Source of the DNA: Chitinophagales bacterium
GTDB lineage: Bacteria > Bacillota > UBA5301 > DYFA01
NCBI GenBank assembly: GCA_050260095.1
Contig: JBLNBQ010000180.1
Span: 1 to 62,895, forward strand
Length of the DNA: 62,895 nucleotides
Direction of reading: 5' to 3'
Shown here: in pieces, positions 7,908 to 16,291 of the stretch
Layout of the letters: each line of letters begins with the position of its first letter
How positions within the stretch are numbered: position 1 is the first letter of the stretch
The notes under the pieces: model-generated
What the model saw: only the letters and a program-made list of their open reading frames with translations
Told to the model about the DNA's origin: nothing
The model's database searches: none
Program-made: the position numbers and the translations under genes

Positions 7908-9366
7908 GCTGATCGAGCAGCGCCCGCACTTGAGCGGGAATCTTCTCTTTGCCGCCCATGAACTTGGCCAGGAAGGAGTTCTCCACCATGACCTGGACCG
8001 AGCGGAGCAGGTACTGCTTCCGGAAGGGGTCGGGCTCGGCGGCGAACTTGGCCACCTTGTTCAGGTAGAAGCGCCGGTAGCAGTCGATCGCGGCTGCCCT
8101 GATCTCCGCTTCGCTCATGGCGACCGGCTTGACGATGGGTTCGATGAAGCTGTACTTGGCGTAGTCACGGGTGATGAGATACGGCTGAAGCTCTGCGTAC
8201 ATGTCGGAGTAAGGCCAGGGCGCGATGTGCAGGAAGTGGGGAAGATCCGCATCGTAGTAGTGAGCTAGCTTCAGCGTCTCCTCGATCGACTCCGGCGTAT
8301 CCTCCGGGAGCCCCAGGATGAACGAGCACTCCGTGATCATGCCGTGGGCCTTGATCAGCTGGATGGCTTCAAACGAGTCTTGACACTTGAGATCCTTCTT
8401 GAACCGGTCGAGGGTGACCTGATTGGTGGCCTCCACCCCGACGTAAATGTGCAGGACCCCTGCCTTCCGGTACTTCCACAGGATATCCCGGTCGCGCAGG
8501 ATATCCTCGACCCGCGTCTCCATGAGCAGGGTCACGTCCAGCCCGGACTCGATGATGAGGTCGAGCAGGCGTTCCCAGCGCGCCCGGTCCTTGGTCGGGT
8601 ACTCGTCGGAGAACATGAAAACGTCGACCCCATACTCCCGGTTGAGCAACTGGAGATCCGCCAGCACCAGCTCGGGCCGGCGGCCGCGGAAAGTGCGCTC
8701 CCAGAACTTCTGCTGCGAACAGAAAGCGCAGTCGTGGTTGCAGCCCCGCGACGTGTCGACGACGGCCAGGCGCGAGCCAGGGAGCGGCGTGAACGTGTAG
8801 TCGTCCCACTCGACCAGATCCCAGGCGGCGACCAGCGCGTCGAGGTCGGGCAGCAACGGGCGGCGGGGCGAGACGACCACCTCCCCCTCGCCATCACGGA
8901 AGGCGATCCCGGGAAGCTGGGCGAGCTTGCGGGCGCTCACACCCGCCGAGAGTGCCGAGAGCAGCTCGGGCAGGGTTGCCTCGCCCTCCCCCCGCACGAC
9001 GAAATCGACCACCCCGGGATTCTCCCGGAGCAGCTCCTCGAACATGAAGGTGGCATGGACCCCGCCGAGCACCGTCACCACGCCCGGGTTCCAGGCCTTC
9101 GCCGTGCGGAGCACCTCGAGCGCGGCCGGGATGGACGCCGTGTAGGCCGTGGTGCAAACGACGGCGGGCGCCTCTTGCGCGATGCGTTGGCCGATCTCGA
9201 GGAGCTCATGACCTTTGGTCATGGCGTCGTAGATCACCGGCGCGAAGCCGGCTTCCCGGAGGTGGCCGGCGAGGTAGATGAGGCCAAGGTGGGGCCAGCG
9301 GCCGGCCGATTCGAGCACTCCGCTGTGGAAGGGCGGCGTGACCAGCAGTACTTTCTTACCGTCCAC
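7885..9366 (-). CDS. B12-binding-domain radical SAM enzyme (class B)
   Basis: N-terminal cobalamin-binding-type Rossmann region (KKVLLVTPPF...VVCTTAYTASIPAALEVL...VLGGVHATF). Radical SAM cluster motif SRGCNHDCAFC (CX3CX2C). GTG start at 9366 follows GAAGGAGGA. The upstream part of the ORF is low complexity. Confidence 0.85.
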   Translation of the reverse strand: MDGKKVLLVTPPFHSGVLESAGRWPHLGLIYLAGHLREAGFAPVIYDAMTKGHELLEIGQRIAQEAPAVVCTTAYTASIPAALEVLRTAKAWNPGVVTVLGGVHATFMFEELLRENPGVVDFVVRGEGEATLPELLSALSAGVSARKLAQLPGIAFRDGEGEVVVSPRRPLLPDLDALVAAWDLVEWDDYTFTPLPGSRLAVVDTSRGCNHDCAFCSQQKFWERTFRGRRPELVLADLQLLNREYGVDVFMFSDEYPTKDRARWERLLDLIIESGLDVTLLMETRVEDILRDRDILWKYRKAGVLHIYVGVEATNQVTLDRFKKDLKCQDSFEAIQLIKAHGMITECSFILGLPEDTPESIEETLKLAHYYDADLPHFLHIAPWPYSDMYAELQPYLITRDYAKYSFIEPIVKPVAMSEAEIRAAAIDCYRRFYLNKVAKFAAEPDPFRKQYLLRSVQVMVENSFLAKFMGGKEKIPAQVRALLDQLTQQAAE

Positions 9367-9379
9367 TAGAGGTCCTCCT

Positions 9380-9718
9380 TCAAGCGAAAGCCAGGCGGTA
9401 GGCCCAGAAGGTGCCGGCGAGGAAGGCTGCGCCAAGCAGGACGTGCTTGGCCACCAAGAGCCGGAGCTTGACCTGGTCGCGCCCCGCCACCCCGGGCTCG
9501 CGGTAGGTGACCGCCCGCACGGCGCCCGTGAGGAGGATGATCGCCAGCGACACCAAGAGCCACCGGAAGGCCAACCCAAGGACGGGCCGGCCGGCGGCCA
9601 ACAGGCCAGTCGCGGCCAGAACCCGGCGCAAGCCCGCCGAGACCAGCACCAGGGCGAGCCAGAAACCGGTGGCCAGGTCGTGAACGAAGTTGTTGACGAT
9701 GATCGCCCCGTCGCGCAT
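9380..9718 (-). CDS. Small integral membrane protein (3 predicted helices), function unknown
   Basis: MRDGAIIVNNFVHDLATGFWLALVLVSAGL...LLVSLAIILLTGAV...LLGAAFLAGTFWAYRLAFA. Its ATG overlaps the TGA of the upstream LuxE-like gene (ATGA), and it sits 13 nt upstream of the radical SAM gene. Confidence 0.6.
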   Translation of the reverse strand: MRDGAIIVNNFVHDLATGFWLALVLVSAGLRRVLAATGLLAAGRPVLGLAFRWLLVSLAIILLTGAVRAVTYREPGVAGRDQVKLRLLVAKHVLLGAAFLAGTFWAYRLAFA

Positions 9719-11154
9719 CAGCGCCCGCCGGCCGCAGGATCCTGTTGCCCCGGCTTCATCGGAAACGGGTGGCGGACCTGCTCCCCGGCGGCGAGCTTGC
9801 GCTTGACCATCTCGACCACAAAAGACGGCGCACCGGCGGCTAGCATCCGTTCGGCCACCGCTTGGCAGGTATTTCCCAGCAGCTGGTCGGCCGCGGTCGA
9901 ACAGGGATGGGCGCTGTGCGCGCCCGCCGCCAGCAGCCGGTCGGCCACCGTCGAGCACGGGTGGGCGCTCTGGGCGCCCGCCAGCAACTGGTCCGCCGCG
10001 GTCGAGCACGGGTGGGTGCTGTGCCCCTCGGCCAGGAGGCGGTCCGCCGTCTGCGAACAGGTGGCGAGGACCGTCGCGGCCCGCCCCAGGATCTCGAAAC
10101 CGTCTTCCACCTCGTAGCCCGCGTTGTCGGTCAGCACCGCCACTACGCCGGCCCGGTTGGTCAGATCGTAATGGCAGATGAGACCTGGCTCGCCCTTGGG
10201 CAGCCGCCGGCCGGTCGCGGGATCGACCACCATGACGCGGGTCCACGGGAGGGCCGGCTTGTAGCGCACCACGGCTGGCCGGCCTGCGACCTTGGCGCGC
10301 AGGACGTTGTCGCAGTAGTTCTGGCCGCACTCCGCCATGCCCAGCGTGTTGACGCAGTACTCCGGCGGCACCCCCAGGTACTCCTCGCACTGGGCCAGGT
10401 ACTCCTCGCGGCTGCAGTCGCCGAAAGTGCCCATGTAGCCCCCGCCGTCCGCGATGCGGCTGCCCGCCGGCAGCTTGAAGCGGAGCTTCTGCTGGGCGAG
10501 CTGGTTGAACAGGTAGACGAACCCGGAGGTCGCGCCGATCAGGGCAATGGGTTGCCCCGTCTCCTCGGCGGCGAACAGCCGCCGGTAAAGCGTGCGGAAA
10601 TCCAACCCCTCCGGCCCGATCAAATAGCAGCTATCGGGTGTGCCGAACGCGTCGCGCATGACGGTGAGCCCAACCGCCATGCCCATCATGGGGACCAGCT
10701 CGGGCGAGGGCACGAAGAGGAGGATGGGCATCCGGTCCACCTCAGGGAAGAGGTAGGCCCGGGTGGAGACCCGGTTCGCCTCGTAGACCATCTCGCGGCA
10801 GCGCTCGTCGCGATAGACCCGCGTGCGAGTTTCCGGGTTGGTCGTGCCCGACGACATGTACTGCAACTCGGCCTGGTCGAGCGGGACGGAACTGACCACC
10901 TGCTCCTTGAAGTACCGCATGGGAAGGGGGGGAATCTCCGGCCACGCCGAGACCGTCTCGGGGGAGACGCTGCGCTCCTGGCAAAAAGCCCGGTAGACCG
11001 GGTTGGCGTGGTATTGGACGCGGAATTCCCGGAGGGCGAGGTCGTCAAAGAGAGCCTCATCCCTTTGGTCGACTCCGGCGCGAATAACCGCCATGATCTC
11101 CTCGTCGAGCGACCTCACAAAGGGGGACTCCAGTCCGTATTCAGACACGCGCAA
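9718..11154 (-). CDS. LuxE/PaaK-like adenylate-forming acyl-protein synthetase with a C-terminal tandem Cys/His repeat
   Basis: 478 aa. It has the YMSSGTT adenylation motif and the overall LuxE-like layout (ALFDDLALREFRVQYHANPVYRAFC...). The C-terminus carries 4-5 copies of HPCST(A/V)AD(Q/R)LLA. Confidence 0.6.
   Translation of the reverse strand: MRVSEYGLESPFVRSLDEEIMAVIRAGVDQRDEALFDDLALREFRVQYHANPVYRAFCQERSVSPETVSAWPEIPPLPMRYFKEQVVSSVPLDQAELQYMSSGTTNPETRTRVYRDERCREMVYEANRVSTRAYLFPEVDRMPILLFVPSPELVPMMGMAVGLTVMRDAFGTPDSCYLIGPEGLDFRTLYRRLFAAEETGQPIALIGATSGFVYLFNQLAQQKLRFKLPAGSRIADGGGYMGTFGDCSREEYLAQCEEYLGVPPEYCVNTLGMAECGQNYCDNVLRAKVAGRPAVVRYKPALPWTRVMVVDPATGRRLPKGEPGLICHYDLTNRAGVVAVLTDNAGYEVEDGFEILGRAATVLATCSQTADRLLAEGHSTHPCSTAADQLLAGAQSAHPCSTVADRLLAAGAHSAHPCSTAADQLLGNTCQAVAERMLAAGAPSFVVEMVKRKLAAGEQVRHPFPMKPGQQDPAAGGR
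9823..10059 (-). repeat. In-frame tandem repeat (51-54 nt unit, about 4.5 copies) encoding CS(Q/T)xAD(R/Q)LLA-x4-7-HP units
   Basis: Peptide: CSQTADRLLAEGHSTHP / CSTAADQLLAGAQSAHP / CSTVADRLLAAGAHSAHP / CSTAADQLLGNT / CQAVAERMLAAGAPS. At the DNA level, GTCGA(A/G)CA(C/G)GG(A/G)TGGG(C/T)GCT is visibly repeated. Confidence 0.9.
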
Positions 11155-11289
11155 TCACCCTCCTCGGGTGGAATCTTCAACACCTGTCCAACTAATCCTT
11201 TTGGCGACCCGGAGCAGGAACCGCATAAGTGGCAGCGGATTGGAAAAAGAGTAAGAGGAAGCCTGCGGGAGTGAAAGGGGAGTCTCAAG

Positions 11290-11820
11290 TTGACCAAAGA
11301 CGTGATCGACTGCATCCGGGAGCGCCGGAGCGTGAGGCGGTGGCAACCCGCCGAAGTGCCCGACGCCACCCTCGGCCGGTTGCTCGAATGCGCGGTGCTC
11401 GCCCCCAGCGCCGGCAATACCCAGGCGTGGCACTTCTACGTCGTGAAGGAGCGAACCCGGCGCCAAGCCCTCGCCGCGGCCGCCAACCACCAGCTCTTCA
11501 TCGCGGAGGCGCCGGTCATCATCGGTGTCTGCGCCGACCTCCCGCGCATCGCAAACCGCTACGGCCAGCGGGGGGTCACGCTGTACGTGCTGCAAGACAC
11601 GGCGGCGGCGATTCAGAACCTCATGCTGGCCGCCAACGCCTTCGGCCTGGCGACGTGCTGGATCGGGTCGATGGACGAGCGGGCGGTCGCGCAGGCGCTC
11701 GAGATCGCCGATCCCGGAGAACGCCGGCCTGTCGCGCTCATCCCGGTCGGCTATCCGGCCGAGGAGCCGGCTCAGCGGCCGAGGCGGCCCATCGACGAGG
11801 TGGTGACGGTCTTCGCCTGA
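11290..11820 (+). CDS. Nitroreductase-family oxidoreductase
   Basis: IRERRSVRRWQPAEVPDATLGRLLECAVLAPSAGNTQAWHFYVV and a C-terminal IPVGYPAE match the NfsA/NfnB-like fold signature. TTG start follows GAAAGGGGAG. Confidence 0.85.
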   Translation: MTKDVIDCIRERRSVRRWQPAEVPDATLGRLLECAVLAPSAGNTQAWHFYVVKERTRRQALAAAANHQLFIAEAPVIIGVCADLPRIANRYGQRGVTLYVLQDTAAAIQNLMLAANAFGLATCWIGSMDERAVAQALEIADPGERRPVALIPVGYPAEEPAQRPRRPIDEVVTVFA

Positions 11821-13739
11821 GGGGCTTCGGGCAGGGGCGCGCGGCGGGCCAGGACGACCCGGTTGCGCCCCTGGGCCTTCGCCCGGTAGAGCGCCTCGTC
11901 GGCCCGGGCGACCAGATCGTGGGCGGTCGACGCCTCGTGCGGGAAGGACGCCACGCCCAAGGAGACGGTGACCCGCCCGAGGGGCTGGCCGTCATCGCCG
12001 GCGAGGCTCAGCCCGGCCACGCCCCGCCGGATGCGTTCGGCCACCACCAGGGCCTGGCTGGAGGGAGTCTCGGGCAGCAGGACGCAGATCTCCTCCCCGC
12101 CGTAGCGGAACACCTGGTCGACCGTGCGCACGCTGTTGCTCACCACCTCAGCCACCCGCCGCAGCACCACATCGCCGCTCAGATGGCCGTAGAGGTCGTT
12201 GTAGCGCTTGAAGTGGTCGATGTCCAGCATGAGGAAGGACAACTCCCGCCCGTAGCGCTCGGCCCGCAGCACCTCTTCCGACAGGCGGGCCTCCAGGCGC
12301 CCGACGTTGTACAGGCCGGTCAAGGCGTCGCGGACCGACCGCTCTTCCGCCTCTTCGTGCAGGCGGGCGTTCTCGATGGCCATCGCGGCATGGGTGGCCA
12401 GGGTCCAGAGAAAGGCTACATCGTCCTCGGCGAAACCCGAGGGACCCTCCCTGACGCAGGTGAGCGCCCCGATGCGCTTCGTTCCCGTCACCAGCGGGAC
12501 GCAGAGACAGCACCCTCCCCCGCCCGGCTCGCCGCGTCCCACGGCCGCGTGCGCCAGTTCCGTGACCTCCGCCGTCAAAAGGCTGGGCGGCCCGTAGGTG
12601 GCGGCGACCGCCAGCCCGCCGTGCTCCCGCGCGAGGTGCAAGACTCCCGCTTCCGCGCCCAGGAAGAAAGTGGCCTCCTGCAACACGGAGGAGAGGACGG
12701 CCTCGAGTTTGAGCGATTCCGTGAGGCGCCGTGAGATCTTGAGCAGGGCTTCCATCTGGTCGGCCTTGTGCCGGACGCGCCGGAACCGGCCGGCGTTGGC
12801 GAGGGAGATCACGGCCAGGCCGGCGAAGGAGGCCAGCATCGCCACGTCGTCCCAGGTGAACCGGACGGCCTCCCGGAGACTCCCCACCGCCAGCACGCCC
12901 GCCGGCGTCCCTTCGAAGAGAAGCGGGACGACCACCGCCGACTGAAAACCACGGCCCGGCCAGGCCGCGACCGTTTCCGCCCCAGCCGGTCCCGCCGCAG
13001 CCTCTTCCGCTTGCAAGAGCACGGGGCTGCCGGTGACCAGCGGCCGCCCGAGCGGCCCTTCGCCCGGCACGATGGTCCGCTCTTGCTCCGTGAACGGCAG
13101 GTTGAACGCGTCCACCACCCGGAAGGCGCCCGCCTCGGCCTCCCACAGCGCGAGGCAGCCGGCGGACCCGCCCAACAGCTCGACCGCACTCTGCACGATC
13201 TTGGGCGAGAGTTCCGGCACGTCCGCCACCGGCAGCACGGCCTGCGAGAGGTCGAGCAGCGTCTGTTGCACCTGCAGGCGCCGTTCCCGCTCCCCCACCA
13301 GTTGGTTCCGCTCGAGGAGCACGGGCAGCAGGTCGCAGAGCGTGCGGAAACCGGGGCGCTCCACGACCCGCAAACCGTCGCGCCCCGCCGCGAACAGGGC
13401 GACCACCCCGAGCAGCCGGTCACCCAGGCAGAGCGGCGCGGCGGCCGACCGCCCGTCGTCGGCGAAGGTCGGCCGGCGGAGTTCGGCCGCCCGCGCCGCC
13501 AGGCCACCCGGCGGCGACTCGAGCCGCTGGCGACCCAAGTTGCGGATGACGAGCAGCGGGAGGCCGTGCGACGCCACCATCCGCAGCTCATGCTGGGGTG
13601 GGTCGTACAGGAAGAGGGCCCCGGCGTCGACCGCGGCGGCTTTCACGAGATAGGCCAGCGCGCGGCGCATGAAGACCTCGGGGCTGTGCCCGGTGGAGAG
13701 TTCCCGGAGAAAACCCGAGAGCAGTCCGGATTCGTCCAT
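11772..13739 (-). CDS. Multi-GAF sensor diguanylate cyclase (GGDEF)
   Basis: C-terminal RDALTGLYNVGRLE...LLMLDIDHFKRYNDLYGHLSGD...FRYGGEEICVLLPET...VSLGVASFP...ADEALYRAKAQGRNRV, with a GGEEI active site. Three GAF-like segments lie upstream. Start is the ATG at 13739 (MDESGLLSGF). The remaining 466 N-terminal aa of ORF 11772..15137 are antisense to a real gene. Confidence 0.85.
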   Translation of the reverse strand: MDESGLLSGFLRELSTGHSPEVFMRRALAYLVKAAAVDAGALFLYDPPQHELRMVASHGLPLLVIRNLGRQRLESPPGGLAARAAELRRPTFADDGRSAAAPLCLGDRLLGVVALFAAGRDGLRVVERPGFRTLCDLLPVLLERNQLVGERERRLQVQQTLLDLSQAVLPVADVPELSPKIVQSAVELLGGSAGCLALWEAEAGAFRVVDAFNLPFTEQERTIVPGEGPLGRPLVTGSPVLLQAEEAAAGPAGAETVAAWPGRGFQSAVVVPLLFEGTPAGVLAVGSLREAVRFTWDDVAMLASFAGLAVISLANAGRFRRVRHKADQMEALLKISRRLTESLKLEAVLSSVLQEATFFLGAEAGVLHLAREHGGLAVAATYGPPSLLTAEVTELAHAAVGRGEPGGGGCCLCVPLVTGTKRIGALTCVREGPSGFAEDDVAFLWTLATHAAMAIENARLHEEAEERSVRDALTGLYNVGRLEARLSEEVLRAERYGRELSFLMLDIDHFKRYNDLYGHLSGDVVLRRVAEVVSNSVRTVDQVFRYGGEEICVLLPETPSSQALVVAERIRRGVAGLSLAGDDGQPLGRVTVSLGVASFPHEASTAHDLVARADEALYRAKAQGRNRVVLARRAPLPEAPQAKTVTTSSMGRLGR

Positions 13740-13928
13740 TTGCCGCCTGCCTTGGGGGATGCGCGCCCCATCAGAATAGCAATAAGTTCCACCAACGCCA
13801 GCCCGTTCCTGCTGCCGGCTCCGGCCCCTCCGCTGCCGCCACTTCCCACAAGGTGACTGCTCCAGCGAGGCGTAATCCCACCGTTTAGCTGCACCTTCGC
13901 GTTCCCGATCCGTATTATGGCATGAGGA

Positions 13929-15203
13929 GTGGCACTTGCGGTGCGGGGAAGATCGCTGCGTACGATCGTTGGATTGGTGATCCTGGGTGCAGGAGCGGCA
14001 GCCGCGGCGTTCGCGCTTCCCGCGGCCCAAAGCCTCAGGGACGACACGGCCCGTCCGGCCGGCGCCGGCAGGCAGGTCCGCCTTGTGACGCCGCCGGTGG
14101 GCGCCCTGCTCGACCCGCAGCGGCCCGACCGCGCCGGCACGCTTCACCTGGCGGCGCCCACCTCGCCGTATGATGCGACGAGGCTGCTCGTACCCCGGCC
14201 GTTCCAGGGGGAACGGGTCGAGCGCCCGAATCCCGTCCACGGCATCTACCTCACCGGGTGGGTCGCCGGCCTGCCCGGCCGCGTCGGTGCGCTGCTCCGG
14301 CTGGTCGACGAAACCCCGCTCAACACCATGGTCATCGACGTGAAGGATGACGAAGGGACGCTCACCTACCGCATGGCCCTGCCGCCGGGCGTAGGTCCCG
14401 GCATCGAGCCTTCCCTCAAGGTCGCCGACATCGACGCCCTGCTCGCCACCTTGCGCGAGCACGGGGTCTACACCATCGCCCGGGTGGTCTCCTTCAAGGA
14501 CCAGGTCCTGCCGAAGGTCCGCCCCGACCTGGCTGTCCAAAAGCCCGACGGCTCCGTCTTCTGCGACCGGGCCGGGTTCATGTGGGCCAACCCCTATTCC
14601 CGGCAGGTCTGGGAGTACAACGTCGCGGTGGCGAAGGACGCCGCCTCCCGCGGCTTTGGCGAAATCCAGTTCGATTATGTGCGCTTCCCGGACGTCCCCA
14701 AGTCGCTCAGCCTGGTCTTCCCGGGCCAGGACGGGCGGAGCAAGGCGCAGGTCATCCGGGACTACCTGGCCTACGCGCGCCGGGAACTCCTGCCCTACGA
14801 CGTCAAGGTTTCGGCCGACATCTTCGGCCTGGTCACGACCGTGAAAGACGATCTCGGCATCGGGCAGAACCTGGAGGCCGTCGCTTCGGTGGTCGACTAC
14901 CTGAGCCCGATGACCTATCCTTCCCACTACGCCCGGGGCGAGTTCGGCCTGTCCGACCCCGACGCCGTCCCCTATGAGACGGTCTACCTCTCCCTCCGGG
15001 ATGCGGTGCGACGGCTCAGGGCGGCCGGGCTGGACGCCGGGCTCGTGCCGTGGCTGCAGGACTTCTCCCTGCGCCACCGCTATGGGCAGGACGAAGTGCT
15101 CGCCCAGGTCAACGCGGCGGCCGACCTCGGCATCCACGACTGGTACCTCTGGAACCCGGCGAACCGTTACACGGCGGCGGCGCTCCAGCGCCTGGCGAGG
15201 TGA
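13929..15203 (+). CDS. Putative secreted TIM-barrel glycoside hydrolase (DUF4015-like)
   Basis: Signal/anchor LRTIVGLVILGAGAAAAAFALPAAQ. Then VHGIYLTGWVAG...TPLNTMVIDVKDDEGTLTY...FMWANPYSRQVWEYNVAVAKDAASRGFGEIQFDYVRFPD. The GTG at 13941 may be the real start. Confidence 0.55.
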   Translation: MALAVRGRSLRTIVGLVILGAGAAAAAFALPAAQSLRDDTARPAGAGRQVRLVTPPVGALLDPQRPDRAGTLHLAAPTSPYDATRLLVPRPFQGERVERPNPVHGIYLTGWVAGLPGRVGALLRLVDETPLNTMVIDVKDDEGTLTYRMALPPGVGPGIEPSLKVADIDALLATLREHGVYTIARVVSFKDQVLPKVRPDLAVQKPDGSVFCDRAGFMWANPYSRQVWEYNVAVAKDAASRGFGEIQFDYVRFPDVPKSLSLVFPGQDGRSKAQVIRDYLAYARRELLPYDVKVSADIFGLVTTVKDDLGIGQNLEAVASVVDYLSPMTYPSHYARGEFGLSDPDAVPYETVYLSLRDAVRRLRAAGLDAGLVPWLQDFSLRHRYGQDEVLAQVNAAADLGIHDWYLWNPANRYTAAALQRLAR

Positions 15204-16291
15204 AGCGCATGCGACGGCCGACGTTGACCCTCCCGCTCGCCGTCACGTTCGTCGTCCTGGGGCTGGCCGCCGCTCTGGCCGCCAGAACCAGGCTGCTCGT
15301 CCGCCCGGCCGCCGCGGCGCCCGCGAAGGCCGAGCCGGCCGCGGTCGAACCGGTGACGGCGAAACCCCAGCCCGCGCCGGCGCCTCCCGGCCCCCTCGCC
15401 CCCAACGAGGCGGGACAGATCATGGTGCTCATGTACCACCGCTTCGAACCGAAGCCGGGCGACTGGAACCGGACGCCCGCCGACTTCCGCCGCGACCTCG
15501 AAACCCTGTACCGGGAGGGTTACCGGCTGCTGCCCTTGCGCGACCTGCTCGCCGGGCGGATCACCACGCCCCGCGGCTACACGCCCGTCGTGCTGACCTT
15601 CGACGACGGCTGGCGCACCCAGTGCAACTACCTCGAGAAGGACGGCAAGCTGGAGGTCGACCCGGACAGCGCCGTGGGCATCCTCGAGGCCTTCGCGAAA
15701 GCCCACCCCGACATGGGGCTCGCCGGCACCTTCTACCTCAACGCGGACCCCTTCGGGCAGCCGAAGCTGGCCAAGGCCAAGCTGGAACACCTGATCGGCG
15801 AAGGTTTCGAACTCGGCAACCACACCGTGAATCACACCAACCTCCGCCAAGCCAGCGCCCAGGTGGGCCGCAAGGAGATGGCCGGCATGGTGACGATCAT
15901 AAACCAGCTGGTCCCCGGCCACCGGATGGACACGATGGCCCTTCCCTTCGGCGCTCTCCCGCACGACCGGAGCGTCGCGGTCTCGGGCACCGTGGACGGC
16001 GTAAGCTATCACAACAAGGCGGTGCTGCTGGTGGGCGCCAACCCGGCTCCCTCGCCCTATGCGACGGCGTTCGACCCGCTGAACCTGCCGCGGGTCCAGG
16101 GCTCAGAGGCGGAACTCGGGCGCTGGCTCGCCTATTTCCGCAGCCACCCGGAGGCCCGGTTCGTGAGCGACGGGAAAGCAGACGTGATCACGGTGCCGGC
16201 GAGCCGCCGCGGCGAGCTCGGCGCCGGCCTCCCCACCGAGCAGGGGCGCAAGGTGGAAGTGCTGCCGGCCGCCTCACCGGGTGCCCGCTAG
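15200..16291 (+). CDS. Polysaccharide deacetylase (NodB-homology) with N-terminal anchor
   Basis: MVLMYHRF, VVLTFDDGWRTQ and LGNHTVNHTNL are NodB motifs. The GTG at 15200 overlaps the TGA of the upstream gene (GTGA). An alternative ATG is at 15209. Confidence 0.8.
   Translation: MKRMRRPTLTLPLAVTFVVLGLAAALAARTRLLVRPAAAAPAKAEPAAVEPVTAKPQPAPAPPGPLAPNEAGQIMVLMYHRFEPKPGDWNRTPADFRRDLETLYREGYRLLPLRDLLAGRITTPRGYTPVVLTFDDGWRTQCNYLEKDGKLEVDPDSAVGILEAFAKAHPDMGLAGTFYLNADPFGQPKLAKAKLEHLIGEGFELGNHTVNHTNLRQASAQVGRKEMAGMVTIINQLVPGHRMDTMALPFGALPHDRSVAVSGTVDGVSYHNKAVLLVGANPAPSPYATAFDPLNLPRVQGSEAELGRWLAYFRSHPEARFVSDGKADVITVPASRRGELGAGLPTEQGRKVEVLPAASPGAR

Noticed and set aside
11772-11820. Convergent 3'-end overlaps: GGDEF/nitroreductase 49 nt, AP-family/EamA 86 nt at 4858..4943, GH15/deacetylase 18 nt at 16274..16291, radical SAM/bioY 23 nt at 7885..7907. 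I considered these as possible antisense regulation or mis-called stops.
   Set aside because: Such overlaps are common in compact high-GC genomes, where stop codons are rare. The overlapped tails are low-complexity C-termini. Nothing in the sequence specifically indicates regulation.
13740-15137. The N-terminal 466 aa of the 1121-aa ORF 11772..15137(-), which would make a giant GGDEF protein.
   Set aside because: This part is antisense to the well-supported hydrolase-like gene 13929..15203(+) and has no domain features. The recognisable GAF-GGDEF protein starts at the ATG at 13739. Similar N-terminal over-extensions were trimmed for 3262..4110, 7885..9579, 9380..10390, 18336..19010, 21241..22275, 33828..35045, 40300..41766 and 42213..43523.
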